Source: Nautiliaceae bacterium (lineage in GTDB: Bacteria; Campylobacterota; Campylobacteria; Campylobacterales; Nautiliaceae). From it: 51,492 bases of DNA. Location: positions 1-51,492 of the forward strand of contig JBDONT010000002.1 of assembly GCA_039831155.1 (NCBI GenBank). The letters run 5' to 3'. The notes below the pieces were generated by a model. The model ran no database searches. It had not been told where the DNA came from and was given only the letters and a program-made list of their open reading frames with translations. This document shows, in pieces, positions 32,970 to 42,570 of the stretch. Numbering within the stretch: position 1 is the stretch's first letter; each line of letters begins with the position of its first letter. A program made the translations under genes and the position numbers.

Positions 32970-34033
32970 TTTAAAACCCTTTTATAAACATCAAGCACTT
33001 TTTTAACCATCGCTTTTTTAGAAAAATTCTCAACAATATAATCTCTGTCTTTATTTAATTTCAACTCTTTATTATAAATTCTTTCAACACCCTCAACCCA
33101 TTTGTTTAAATCCAAACCGTCAAGCATTAAAAAGTTATTGTCTTTATATAAATCCTTCACACTTCCTACATTACTTGCTATTATATCCTTTTGCATCATA
33201 AGCCCCTGAATTACGCTTTGGGGCACTCCCTCTTTAGAATCGGACGTTAAAAGCTGCAAATCAATAGCTTTTAAAAATTCGGGTACTTTTGTAACGTGTC
33301 CTAAAAGTTTAACGTTTTTTAAGTTTAAAGCTTTTATTTTATTTTCTATCTCTTCTCTTTTAGGACCTTCTCCGGCTATTACAAACTCTATGTTTTCATT
33401 ATCTTTAAAATAATTAGCAATATCCAAAAAAAAGTCGTGTCTTTTAAATGAACGCAACACGGCAAGAATTCCTATATAATATTTATCTTTGTTTAATCCG
33501 AAAATTTCTCTCGATTTTTGCTTATCGTATTTTAAAGGGTCAAAAAGTTCATCATCTATTCCGGTGGGAATTGATATTATTTTATTAGGATTAATCCTGT
33601 TATATTTTATCATATCTTCTCTTACGCTCTCACCCGTTGTAATAATAAAATCTGCAAGTTCGTTAATAAAATTCGTTCTGCTTGGATTAATCCTGTTTGA
33701 TAGATGTCTTGTACGGATAAACTTTCTGCCGCTAAGTTTTGCGGCAAGTCCACCTACCCACGTATCTTTTCCGGAATGAGTGTTGATGATATCTATATTA
33801 TCCCTTTTTACGATTTTTATTAATTCAAAAAGCGTTTTAAAATCCAAATTTCCTCTAAAAGGAAGCGTATAAACCTTAAAACCTCTTTTTAAAGCTTCCT
33901 CTTTTATTCTACTTTTTTCCCTGCAAGCAAGTCTGACATCAACACCTTTTTCTCTCACACCTTCCATTTCTGAAATTATCCTAATCTCCTGTCCTCCCCA
34001 TCCGTCGGACCATTCGGTATGTAAAACTCTCAC
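32966..34033 (-). CDS. GT4 glycosyltransferase
   Basis: GWGGQEIR, HSGKD.W, EGVPQSVIQ. Confidence 0.88.
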   Translation of the reverse strand: MRVLHTEWSDGWGGQEIRIISEMEGVREKGVDVRLACREKSRIKEEALKRGFKVYTLPFRGNLDFKTLFELIKIVKRDNIDIINTHSGKDTWVGGLAAKLSGRKFIRTRHLSNRINPSRTNFINELADFIITTGESVREDMIKYNRINPNKIISIPTGIDDELFDPLKYDKQKSREIFGLNKDKYYIGILAVLRSFKRHDFFLDIANYFKDNENIEFVIAGEGPKREEIENKIKALNLKNVKLLGHVTKVPEFLKAIDLQLLTSDSKEGVPQSVIQGLMMQKDIIASNVGSVKDLYKDNNFLMLDGLDLNKWVEGVERIYNKELKLNKDRDYIVENFSKKAMVKKVLDVYKRVLN

Positions 34034-35088
34034 AATCTCTCCTCAATTATATTAAATACTTTTTGCATATCAAATTGCATTAAACATTCGCTTATCTTAC
34101 TTCCATTACATCCGTCTTTTCCACAAGGCACACAATCCCAGTTATGCTGAATCACTATATGCTTACCCATTGTTTGAATTCCGTTTTTTTTAGTATAGCC
34201 ACTTTTAAATAAATCGTTATCCCAAGGTCCCCACTCAAAAGCCCCACTAGGACCGAAAAACGCGACAACCGGAGTATCAACGGCAGCAGCCATATGCATA
34301 ATAGCCGTATCAACCCCTATAAAAAGCTTCGCTTTATTTGCCAAAGCCGCTACTTCTTTTAAACTAAGTTTCCCACTTAAATTAATCACTTCCGATTTAC
34401 AAAGACTCAAAATAGAATCCACCTTTTTAAGCTCTTTTTCATCCGGACTTGCAGTTATTACAACTTTATAACCTCTTTTAGATACAAAATCTATAATATC
34501 TGCCATTATTTTATCATCTACACACTTAAAAAGCCACCTTGATACCGGATGAATATGCACAAACTCCCCTAATTTCAAAGCTTCTATCTTTTCTTCATCT
34601 TTTTTATCCCAGTAAATTTTTACCTTTTTTTCGGCTATTCTTTTTTTCAAAACTCTCAATACGTCCAAATTTCTATCGACCGTATGATAAAGAGAATTCG
34701 AAAAAGGCAAATTAATATCAAAAACATTTTTTAAAAACCTGTTTTTCTTAACGGGATACCCTATTTTTATCTTAGCCTTGCTAAATTTCGCAATAAAAGC
34801 TCCCCTGTCGCCTTCAGTGGTGTTGATAACCATATCGTAATTTTTAAAACTTCTTAAAAATTTAAACTCTTTAAAAATCCTAACGGCTTTTGGCAGTTTT
34901 TTAAAATAATTCCTATCATATACGAAAATTTCATTAATATCGGGATTTAAAGTAAGCATACTTTCAGTCCCTTTATTTACCAAAACGTCAATTTTACTCT
35001 CCGAATAATTGATTTTTAAATTTCTAATCAAAGGGGTGGTTAAAAGCACATCCCCTATATTTCTAAATTTAATTACCAAAATCCTCAT
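34030..35088 (-). CDS. GT9, heptosyltransferase III (WaaQ/RfaQ)-like
   Basis: IGDVLLTTP, HP.SRWLFKC, GVDTA.MHMAAA, FGPS...WGPW. Confidence 0.82.
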   Translation of the reverse strand: MRILVIKFRNIGDVLLTTPLIRNLKINYSESKIDVLVNKGTESMLTLNPDINEIFVYDRNYFKKLPKAVRIFKEFKFLRSFKNYDMVINTTEGDRGAFIAKFSKAKIKIGYPVKKNRFLKNVFDINLPFSNSLYHTVDRNLDVLRVLKKRIAEKKVKIYWDKKDEEKIEALKLGEFVHIHPVSRWLFKCVDDKIMADIIDFVSKRGYKVVITASPDEKELKKVDSILSLCKSEVINLSGKLSLKEVAALANKAKLFIGVDTAIMHMAAAVDTPVVAFFGPSGAFEWGPWDNDLFKSGYTKKNGIQTMGKHIVIQHNWDCVPCGKDGCNGSKISECLMQFDMQKVFNIIEERL

Positions 35089-35789
35089 TTTTTACCCTTT
35101 ATATATTTCCAAAACGTATATTGAGAATAGAGTCTAGCTATAACAAATCCGTCCCACCCCTCTAAAAAACCAAGCTTCAAAAAATACAACTTAAAAAACG
35201 CCCAAATAGGAGAAAAAATCGCTTTTAGTCTATTAGGTTTAGCCCCTAGAGTAGAATATCTGTTTTGTTTGGTTATAAATTCCTCAATACTCTCATAAGC
35301 AAAATGTCTCAAAGGATTTTTCAAATATCCCTTTTTGCATTTACATTCCACACTTTCGTGAACTTCCCTATCGTTAAAAGAAGCGAAATTTTTATTAAAA
35401 AGCCTAACAGTATAATCCGGATACAACCCCAAATATTTAATATCCCTTCCCCAAAAATTATTAATTCTAGAAACGTAATAAGCTTTAAAAGAAGGATTTT
35501 TTAAAACTTCTTGGAGTTCTTTTTGCAAATTATCCGTTATAACTTCATCTGCATCCAAAACAAAAACCCATTCGTTTTTAGCCAGTTCCACTACCTTTTG
35601 CTTTTGTCTTCCAAACCCTTCCCATTCGCTAAATTCAACTCTAGCACCTAAATTTTTTGCTATTTTACACGTATTGTCACTACTTCCACTATCCAAAACA
35701 ACCACCTCATCTGCAAACAGAGCCGATTTAACAGCCTCTTTTAAATATTTTTGAGAATTAAACGTAATAATAACCACACTAAGTTTCAT
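35085..35789 (-). CDS. GT2 core beta-glucosyltransferase (WaaE/KdtX/LgtF-like)
   Basis: DSGSSDNT, W.GFG.QK, LDADE, VHE, GFLEG..G. Confidence 0.88.
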   Translation of the reverse strand: MKLSVVIITFNSQKYLKEAVKSALFADEVVVLDSGSSDNTCKIAKNLGARVEFSEWEGFGRQKQKVVELAKNEWVFVLDADEVITDNLQKELQEVLKNPSFKAYYVSRINNFWGRDIKYLGLYPDYTVRLFNKNFASFNDREVHESVECKCKKGYLKNPLRHFAYESIEEFITKQNRYSTLGAKPNRLKAIFSPIWAFFKLYFLKLGFLEGWDGFVIARLYSQYTFWKYIKGKK

Positions 35790-36573
35790 ATCTGTCCTCA
35801 TAATAGTGCTTAAAACGTCTATGAAACCAATACCACTCTTTGGGTTTTTGTTTAATCATCTCTTCTATTATGTCACTCTGTTTTTGAACCGATTTTTTTA
35901 TATCTTTTTCTAAAATTGGGTCCTTAAAAATCACTTTGTATTTATCACCGTCTCTTTGAATAAAAACGGGAATAATAGGAATATCAAATTTTTTAGCAAG
36001 AAGAGCGGCACTTGGGGTATGAAGGGCTTTAAGCCCGAACATCTCTACATCGATTCCTTCGTTTTTAGCCGTATTTTGGTCTACCAATATCCCCAAGCTT
36101 CTATTGCTTTTAACGGCTTGTATGAGTTTTTTTAAAGCACCTTTTTTATTTACCGTTTTTATATCAAATCTTTCTCTTGATTTTTTGAAAAACCTATTAA
36201 TAAATTTATTATCAATCTCCCTTACGACAATCGTCATAGGAATATCCAAAAGCCCCCCTAAAACAAGAGGCATCATCTCCCAGTTTCCGTAATGTGCCGT
36301 AATAAAGACAGCCGGTTTATCCAAATACGGTTTTACCTTCTCAAGTCCTACAATTTCAACTTTTTTCTGAAGTTCCTCTTTAGTGATATTTCTGTTTTTT
36401 AAAATTTCAAATAAATTAAAAGCGAAATTCTCATAAATCTCTTTTGCTAGTTTCTTTTTTTCCTCCTTAGATTTATCAGGAAACACCAAATCCAAATTGG
36501 TAAATACGACCTTTTTTCTTTTTTTATCCAGCTTATAAAAAAGAGACCCCAAAATCTTACTTAAATTCATCAA
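35779..36573 (-). CDS. htrB: Lipid A secondary acyltransferase (HtrB/LpxL family)
   Basis: AHYGNWE (Hx4E), LVDQ, WYWFHRRFK. Confidence 0.9.
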   Translation of the reverse strand: MMNLSKILGSLFYKLDKKRKKVVFTNLDLVFPDKSKEEKKKLAKEIYENFAFNLFEILKNRNITKEELQKKVEIVGLEKVKPYLDKPAVFITAHYGNWEMMPLVLGGLLDIPMTIVVREIDNKFINRFFKKSRERFDIKTVNKKGALKKLIQAVKSNRSLGILVDQNTAKNEGIDVEMFGLKALHTPSAALLAKKFDIPIIPVFIQRDGDKYKVIFKDPILEKDIKKSVQKQSDIIEEMIKQKPKEWYWFHRRFKHYYEDRYET

Positions 36574-37474
36574 TCTTCCTAATAATCTCTCTTAAAGAGA
36601 GTTTATGCATATTATCAAGCTTTTTATTAATCTCTTTGGTTTGTACTTCTACGCTTTTAGAAAAAATATTTTCTAAGATTTTGTTGTTATAAGTACATCC
36701 GTAAAGAATAATATTTCTTACGTTATTAGCCCACGCTATAAAACTAGGCCCGGTGTCGTTTCCTATCAACAAATCACTTTTATCTATTAAAACCTTTAAA
36801 TCGTTAAGGTTTAAACTCACGGGTGTGACGTTTTTTGAATTTTCGGCTATAAAATAGGCGTCTTTTTTCTCTTCTTCCCCGACATAAGGAATAATAATAT
36901 TCTCTTTTAAATATTTAGCAAGTTCTATCCAGATATTAAGAGGGGTCTTTTTACACTTCCAACTAGCCCCTATAATAAAAACAACGTTTTTTTTACTTTT
37001 ACTCAAAATATTAAAATCTCTATCTTTATAAAAAAGAAGCTTGGGATGATTTATCAGATATTCGTCATCCTTCAAATCAAAAAGTTCCATATATCTTTGA
37101 ACGGCTACAAGAGACGTCGATTCTTTTTTTATATCGTAAAAAAAAGAGGCTATTTTTTCCCTGGGATTTTTATACCCCACAGATTCTTTAGAAATAATTT
37201 TTGCCACTAAAGCACTCTTTAAAAGCCCCTGCAAGTCATAAACTCTATCGTAATTTAAACCTCTAAGTCTCATAAACTCTTTAAAAAAAAGACTCTTTTT
37301 TTTCTTCGCTTCTCTTAAAGAGATTGGAATTACGTTATTAATATAAGGGGAAAAATTAAGAATTTCCTTAAAAGAAGAGTCCACCACAAAGTCTATTTTT
37401 TTAGAGAGCTTAGGCAAAACAACTAAAGAGTGAATAATATCTCCCATAGAACTTAATTTGATTACAGCTTCCAT
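36557..37474 (-). CDS. waaC: LPS heptosyltransferase I (GT9)
   Basis: KLSSMGDIIH, DLQGLLKSA, GNDTGP; upstream of htrB. Confidence 0.9.
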   Translation of the reverse strand: MEAVIKLSSMGDIIHSLVVLPKLSKKIDFVVDSSFKEILNFSPYINNVIPISLREAKKKKSLFFKEFMRLRGLNYDRVYDLQGLLKSALVAKIISKESVGYKNPREKIASFFYDIKKESTSLVAVQRYMELFDLKDDEYLINHPKLLFYKDRDFNILSKSKKNVVFIIGASWKCKKTPLNIWIELAKYLKENIIIPYVGEEEKKDAYFIAENSKNVTPVSLNLNDLKVLIDKSDLLIGNDTGPSFIAWANNVRNIILYGCTYNNKILENIFSKSVEVQTKEINKKLDNMHKLSLREIIRKIDEFK

Positions 37475-37489
37475 AATATCCTTTGATTG

Positions 37490-37515
37490 TGATAAAATGC
37501 TATAAAATTATAACA
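37490..37515. promoter_or_regulatory. Closely spaced opposite-strand extended -10 elements for msbA (+) and waaC (-)
   Basis: TGATAAAAT on + at 37490-37498; TGTTATAAT on - at 37507-37515. Confidence 0.55.
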
Positions 37516-37531
37516 TACATAAAGGTTTTCA

Positions 37532-39232
37532 ATGTGGAAATTTCTAAAAGAGTACGCACCTTATTATAAATCCTACAAAAAAGAGATTTTCTCAGCAATA
37601 CTGGGGATGATTATGGTCTCTATCGCAACAGCCGCCATAGCTTATATCATAAAGCCGGTTTTAGACAAAATCTTCATCCAAAAAAACCATCACTTATTAT
37701 ACATCCTGCCTCTTGGAATTATTTTAATTTATTTAATAAAAGGTATAGGCAGATACATACAAAGCTATTACGTTACCTATATAGGAGAAGACGTCGTAAG
37801 AAAAATAAGAGACAAATTTTTAAAATATATCCTAACTTTTGACATAGACTACTTTAAAAAAACCCACAGTGGAGAGCTGGTAAGCAGAATTATAAACGAT
37901 ATCAACAGAATCCAAGGAGCGATAAGCCACGATTTAGCAAATTTCATAAGAGATATTTTAATGGCTATATTTTTACTGGGGGTTGTAATTTACCAAAGCC
38001 CTAAACTTGCGTTTTTTGCGATAGTTATTTTACCTTTGGTTATCATTCCCATTCAAAAAATAGCCAAAAAACTAAAAAACCTCTCAAAAAAAGCCCAATC
38101 CAAAACAGCCGATTTAAATAAACACCTAAGCGAAATTTTTAAAAATATAGAAACGATAAAAGCCTACAACGCAAAAGAGTTCGAATATGAAAAATTTAAA
38201 GAAGAGAATAAAAACTACCTAAAAATCAACCTAAAAGCCGTCAGAACCTCGGCTCTTTTAAATCCTATACTTGAACTTATGAACGCAAGTGTAGCCGCGA
38301 TAGTAATTATCGTAGGAGGAAATGAAGTAATAAACGGAGATATGAGTGTAGGGGCTTTTTTTTCATTTATGACGGCTCTTTTTATGATGACAGAACCTAT
38401 TAAAAGAGCTTCCAATACCTACTCAAACCTTCAAAACGCTATTGCGGCAAATGAGAGATTAAAAGAGATTTTTAATTTAAAACCAAAAATAAAATCGGGA
38501 GATAAAACGGTAAAAGAAATAAACTCTATAGAATTTAAAAACGTTTACTTAACATACGCTGATAAAACAGCCCTTAAAAACATCAACTACAAAGCGAAAA
38601 AACCTATAAAAGTGGGACTTGTGGGAGACAGTGGAGGAGGCAAAAGTTCGTTTGTAAGTCTTATTATGAGATTTTACGACCCAAGCAAAGGAGAAATAAA
38701 AATAAACGGTATAAACTTAAAAGAGATAAACCTTCACACTTTAAGGGAAAAAATAGCCTACATCCCTCAAAACGTCCATATATTTAACGACACTATCGCG
38801 GCAAACGTGGCTTACGGCAAAGAAATAGACGAAGAAAAAGTAAAAACGGCTTTAAAAAAAGCCAATCTGTTAGAGTTTGTAAACTCTTTAGATGAAGGTA
38901 TTTATACCGTATTGCAAGAAAACGGAAGCAATTTAAGCGGAGGACAGAAACAAAGAATAGCAATTGCCAGGGCTTTATATAAAAATCCCGATATTTTAAT
39001 TTTGGACGAAGCCACAAGTGCACTTGATAACAAAAGTGAATCCGTAATAATGGATGCCATTAACAACTTAAAAGATATGATAGTTTTTATAATAGCCCAC
39101 AGACTCCACACTATAGACAACGCAGACGAAATACTCGTATTTAAAAACGGAGAAATAGTATGCAAAGGAGATAAAGAGACTCTTTTAAAAGAGTGCGAAG
39201 AGTTTAAAAAACTTTATAAAAAATCAAATTGA
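37532..39232 (+). CDS. msbA: Lipid A-core flippase ABC transporter
   Basis: TM domain plus GDSGGGKS, LSGGQKQR, ILDEATSALD; divergent from the core cluster. Confidence 0.88.
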   Translation: MWKFLKEYAPYYKSYKKEIFSAILGMIMVSIATAAIAYIIKPVLDKIFIQKNHHLLYILPLGIILIYLIKGIGRYIQSYYVTYIGEDVVRKIRDKFLKYILTFDIDYFKKTHSGELVSRIINDINRIQGAISHDLANFIRDILMAIFLLGVVIYQSPKLAFFAIVILPLVIIPIQKIAKKLKNLSKKAQSKTADLNKHLSEIFKNIETIKAYNAKEFEYEKFKEENKNYLKINLKAVRTSALLNPILELMNASVAAIVIIVGGNEVINGDMSVGAFFSFMTALFMMTEPIKRASNTYSNLQNAIAANERLKEIFNLKPKIKSGDKTVKEINSIEFKNVYLTYADKTALKNINYKAKKPIKVGLVGDSGGGKSSFVSLIMRFYDPSKGEIKINGINLKEINLHTLREKIAYIPQNVHIFNDTIAANVAYGKEIDEEKVKTALKKANLLEFVNSLDEGIYTVLQENGSNLSGGQKQRIAIARALYKNPDILILDEATSALDNKSESVIMDAINNLKDMIVFIIAHRLHTIDNADEILVFKNGEIVCKGDKETLLKECEEFKKLYKKSN

Positions 39233-40600
39233 TTCTAAGTTTTTTATAATTTTTAACGGCGTAAGGGCGTAGTTAGGTTCATAATGACCGGCTAAAGAGT
39301 GAGCCAAACTTCCGTGAATGGTAGCTTTTAAAGGATGCCACCCTTGAGCTAAAAGAGAGCCTATAATACCCGCTAATACATCTCCACTACCACCTTTTGC
39401 CAAAGCCACACTTCCGTTTGGGTCAATAAAAAGTTTTTTATTATAAGCGATAATTTTATTCGCCCCTTTTAACAACAACACTACATTAGGATACTTTTTA
39501 GAAAACTCCTCACACAATTTAAATCTATTCTCTTGAATCTCTTTAACCGAAAACTCTCCCATTCCCAAAATTTTAAGTAAACTTGCAAACTCTTTAGGAT
39601 GAGGAGTTAAAACCACTCTTTTGTTTAAAAACTCTTTAATTTCTTCTTTATAAAACATATCGGCATCAATTATCATAGGAATATCAAGCTTTGTAAGTTC
39701 ATCCAACAAATCGTCAAAATGGTTATTCATACCCATTCCAAACGCCAAAGCCGTAAATTTTTCAATACTGTTTGTCTGCATTATTTCATAAGGCACTTCC
39801 ACTCTTTCGCGACTTACCACACTCACAAGCCCACATCCGTAATTAAAAGCTGCAAGTGAAGCCAAAATTCCGGCTCCCGGTTTATCTCCTACAAGTACTC
39901 CCAAATGCCCGTAAGAACGTTTATGAGTATTGTTTTTGTTTCTTATAGGTTTGATTAAATCATCTTTTTCCAAAACAAAATAGCAACATTTATTAATATA
40001 CTTACTAAAACTAACCCCTAGATCAGCCCTTACAATCTCCCCTACGTAATCTTTTGCAAAATCACTATAAAGAGAAATTTTTTCAGCACCCATAGTAACC
40101 GTTACATCAGCCCTAAACGCAACCGGTCTTAAATTTCCGTTATCATCAATTCCGGTTGGAATATCACACGCTATTTTTAATACGTTAAGTTTATTCATTT
40201 TGTTTATCAGAGAAACTATTTCAGGTGATAAATCCCTTTTTAATCCACTCCCGAAAATCGCATCCACAAGAGAGTCGCATTTTTTATATTCACTCTCAAC
40301 TTTCCCACCAACCGCTTCAAATCTTTTTAACTGCAACTTACACATAGAGGATTTAGCCCCTAGTGGCAAATATAAGTTTACGTGATAATCCCCTAATAAA
40401 ATTCTACCGAGCGTTATCCCGTCAGCCCCGTTATTTCCTGGCCCGGCTACTATATTAATTACAGAATTTTTAGGAACTCTTTTATAAATTTCAAGAGCCA
40501 TTGAGTATGCGGCGTGCTCCATTAAGATATCTTCCGTTAAATGATAATCTTCATAACATTTTTTATCGAAAGTGTAGACTTCTTTAAATGCAGGTCTCAT
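39224..40600 (-). CDS. nnr: Bifunctional NAD(P)HX epimerase/dehydratase (YjeF/Nnr)
   Basis: GPGNNGADG, DIPTG, LTPHPKEF, GGSGDVLAG. Confidence 0.93.
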   Translation of the reverse strand: MRPAFKEVYTFDKKCYEDYHLTEDILMEHAAYSMALEIYKRVPKNSVINIVAGPGNNGADGITLGRILLGDYHVNLYLPLGAKSSMCKLQLKRFEAVGGKVESEYKKCDSLVDAIFGSGLKRDLSPEIVSLINKMNKLNVLKIACDIPTGIDDNGNLRPVAFRADVTVTMGAEKISLYSDFAKDYVGEIVRADLGVSFSKYINKCCYFVLEKDDLIKPIRNKNNTHKRSYGHLGVLVGDKPGAGILASLAAFNYGCGLVSVVSRERVEVPYEIMQTNSIEKFTALAFGMGMNNHFDDLLDELTKLDIPMIIDADMFYKEEIKEFLNKRVVLTPHPKEFASLLKILGMGEFSVKEIQENRFKLCEEFSKKYPNVVLLLKGANKIIAYNKKLFIDPNGSVALAKGGSGDVLAGIIGSLLAQGWHPLKATIHGSLAHSLAGHYEPNYALTPLKIIKNLESI

Positions 40601-40609
40601 AACATCTCC

Positions 40610-42082
40610 TTAACGACGCCTAAACTGTAAGGCTTTTAATAAATCTTCTTTAGTTATTTTATCACGTTTATTTAAATTTGCAACCGTCTTTGAAACTTTA
40701 AGAATATTAAATTCACTTCTTTTACTCAAAGCAAAATTTTTAACGGCTCTTTTTAAAACATCATAAGCCTCATTTTCCAAATTAAACTGATAATTCTCCT
40801 CTAAATTTGAATTAAATTTGCCTTTTTGCATTTCAAAAGCAATTAATACCTTCTCAAACATCTCTTCACTGGAAATTGTAGAACTATCCTCATCTTCAAC
40901 CATTTGAAGATAGAGTTCAATCCTGTCATACAAAGGCTCACTGATTCTGTTTTTATATCTTCTAATCTCCAAATCCGTACATCTGCACTCTTTATCTAAA
41001 CTCAAAAGATTCCCACACGGGCAAGGATTCATAGCCGCAGCAAACAAAATATCCGTTTCATATTCTATTTTCGAATTTACCCTGCTAATTAATACTTTTT
41101 TATCCTGAAGAGGCAGTCTTAAATTCTCAAGTACGTCTTTTTGAAAATGTGGAAGCTCGTCAAAAAATAACATTCCTTTATTCGCAAACGCAATCTCACC
41201 TATCTTAGCACCCCTGCTTCCACCTCCGAAAATCGCAGATTTAGTTGAGGAATAGTGAGGAGCCCTAAAAGGCCTTAAAGGTTTAAACATAACCTCTTTA
41301 CCCTCAAGCGAATTATACTTTTCAACTTCAAGTATCTCTTCTAAACTCATAGGAGGCAGAATATAACGGAGTCTATTTATTATCATACTTTTACCAACGC
41401 CGGGACTTCCTTCAAATAAAATATTATGAAACCCGGCTGCCGCTATCAAAGCCGCTTCTTTTGCTTGAGTTTGCCCTAGCACATCTTTAAAATCAAGTTT
41501 AAAATTCGAAGTATAGTAGTATTTTTTTGAAGCTATTTTTAAATAAGGATAATTAAGTTCGTTTTTTTTAATCTCTTGAGGTTCAAATTTTTCAATCTCC
41601 GATAAATGCGAAAAAGCATAAATTTCAATTCCAGGGATTTTAGAAACTTTTTTGGCACTCTCAAGTGGGATTATAACTTTTTTGGGTTTTAAAGACAAAA
41701 TAATAGGAAAAATAGAGTTAGTATCTTTCAAACTTCCATCAAGCCCAAGTTCTCCTAATACCAAAAAATCATCAAAGTTTTTTTCTTTATGGTAAAATAA
41801 AATACTAAGCGCAATAGGCAAGTCAAAGTGGCTACCTTCTTTTTTCAAATCGCTTGGACTCAAAGAAATTACCACCTTTAAAGGTGGAAACTCATAGCCG
41901 TTATTTAAAAGAGCCGATTTAACCCTCTCTTTACTCTCTTGAATAGACTGACTCCCAAGTCCTACGATAGAAAACCCGGGCAAAGCCCTTATAAAAGAAC
42001 TTTCAACCTCGACTCTTTTAGCTTCAAATCCGTTTAAAGTTGCAGAATTTATTTTTTTCGTTTTTTTAGTAGCTTTTTCCAC
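40610..42082 (-). CDS. comM: YifB/ComM Mg-chelatase-like AAA+ ATPase
   Basis: KEGSHFDLPIA, GSPGVGKS, PFRAPH, FDELP, AMNPCPCG. Confidence 0.9.
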   Translation of the reverse strand: MEKATKKTKKINSATLNGFEAKRVEVESSFIRALPGFSIVGLGSQSIQESKERVKSALLNNGYEFPPLKVVISLSPSDLKKEGSHFDLPIALSILFYHKEKNFDDFLVLGELGLDGSLKDTNSIFPIILSLKPKKVIIPLESAKKVSKIPGIEIYAFSHLSEIEKFEPQEIKKNELNYPYLKIASKKYYYTSNFKLDFKDVLGQTQAKEAALIAAAGFHNILFEGSPGVGKSMIINRLRYILPPMSLEEILEVEKYNSLEGKEVMFKPLRPFRAPHYSSTKSAIFGGGSRGAKIGEIAFANKGMLFFDELPHFQKDVLENLRLPLQDKKVLISRVNSKIEYETDILFAAAMNPCPCGNLLSLDKECRCTDLEIRRYKNRISEPLYDRIELYLQMVEDEDSSTISSEEMFEKVLIAFEMQKGKFNSNLEENYQFNLENEAYDVLKRAVKNFALSKRSEFNILKVSKTVANLNKRDKITKEDLLKALQFRRR

Positions 42083-42570
42083 TCTTTTTCAAACTTCTTT
42101 CTTTTAATATAATCAAGCCTTTCGATAAACAAATGCCCATCTAAATGGTCGGTTTCGTGCTGAAACGCCACACTCAAAAGCCCATCAGCGTCCATAATAT
42201 GTTCTTTTCCGAATCTATCGAAAAATTTAACCTTTACATTCGCATATCTTTCCACTTCATCGAAATAATCCGGAACGCTAAGACACCCTTCGGTATCTTT
42301 TTGCGTACCCTCCCACGTTAAAAATTCGGGATTTATTACTTCTATTAAAGTGTCTTTACTTTGTTTGCCCTCTTCATCTCCTATATCTATCAAAAGAGCA
42401 CGAATAGGCACTGCAACTTGAATTGCAGCAAGACCCACACCGTTTTTTGCTATCATAGTTTCATACATATCGTCTAATAATTTATGAAGCTCGCTATCAA
42501 ACCTCTCTACCGGTTTTGAAATTTGCTTTAATATTTTATTAGGATAGGTCACAATATCCAAAACTGCCAT
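42049..42570 (-). CDS. def: Peptide deformylase
   Basis: GVGLAAIQ, EGCLS, QHETDH. Confidence 0.97.
   Translation of the reverse strand: MAVLDIVTYPNKILKQISKPVERFDSELHKLLDDMYETMIAKNGVGLAAIQVAVPIRALLIDIGDEEGKQSKDTLIEVINPEFLTWEGTQKDTEGCLSVPDYFDEVERYANVKVKFFDRFGKEHIMDADGLLSVAFQHETDHLDGHLFIERLDYIKRKKFEKEWKKLLKKRKK

Noticed and set aside
27206-37474. Phase-variable poly-G/C tracts in the glycosyltransferase genes
   Set aside because: No long G/C runs are seen; A/T runs are expected at this composition and all frames are intact
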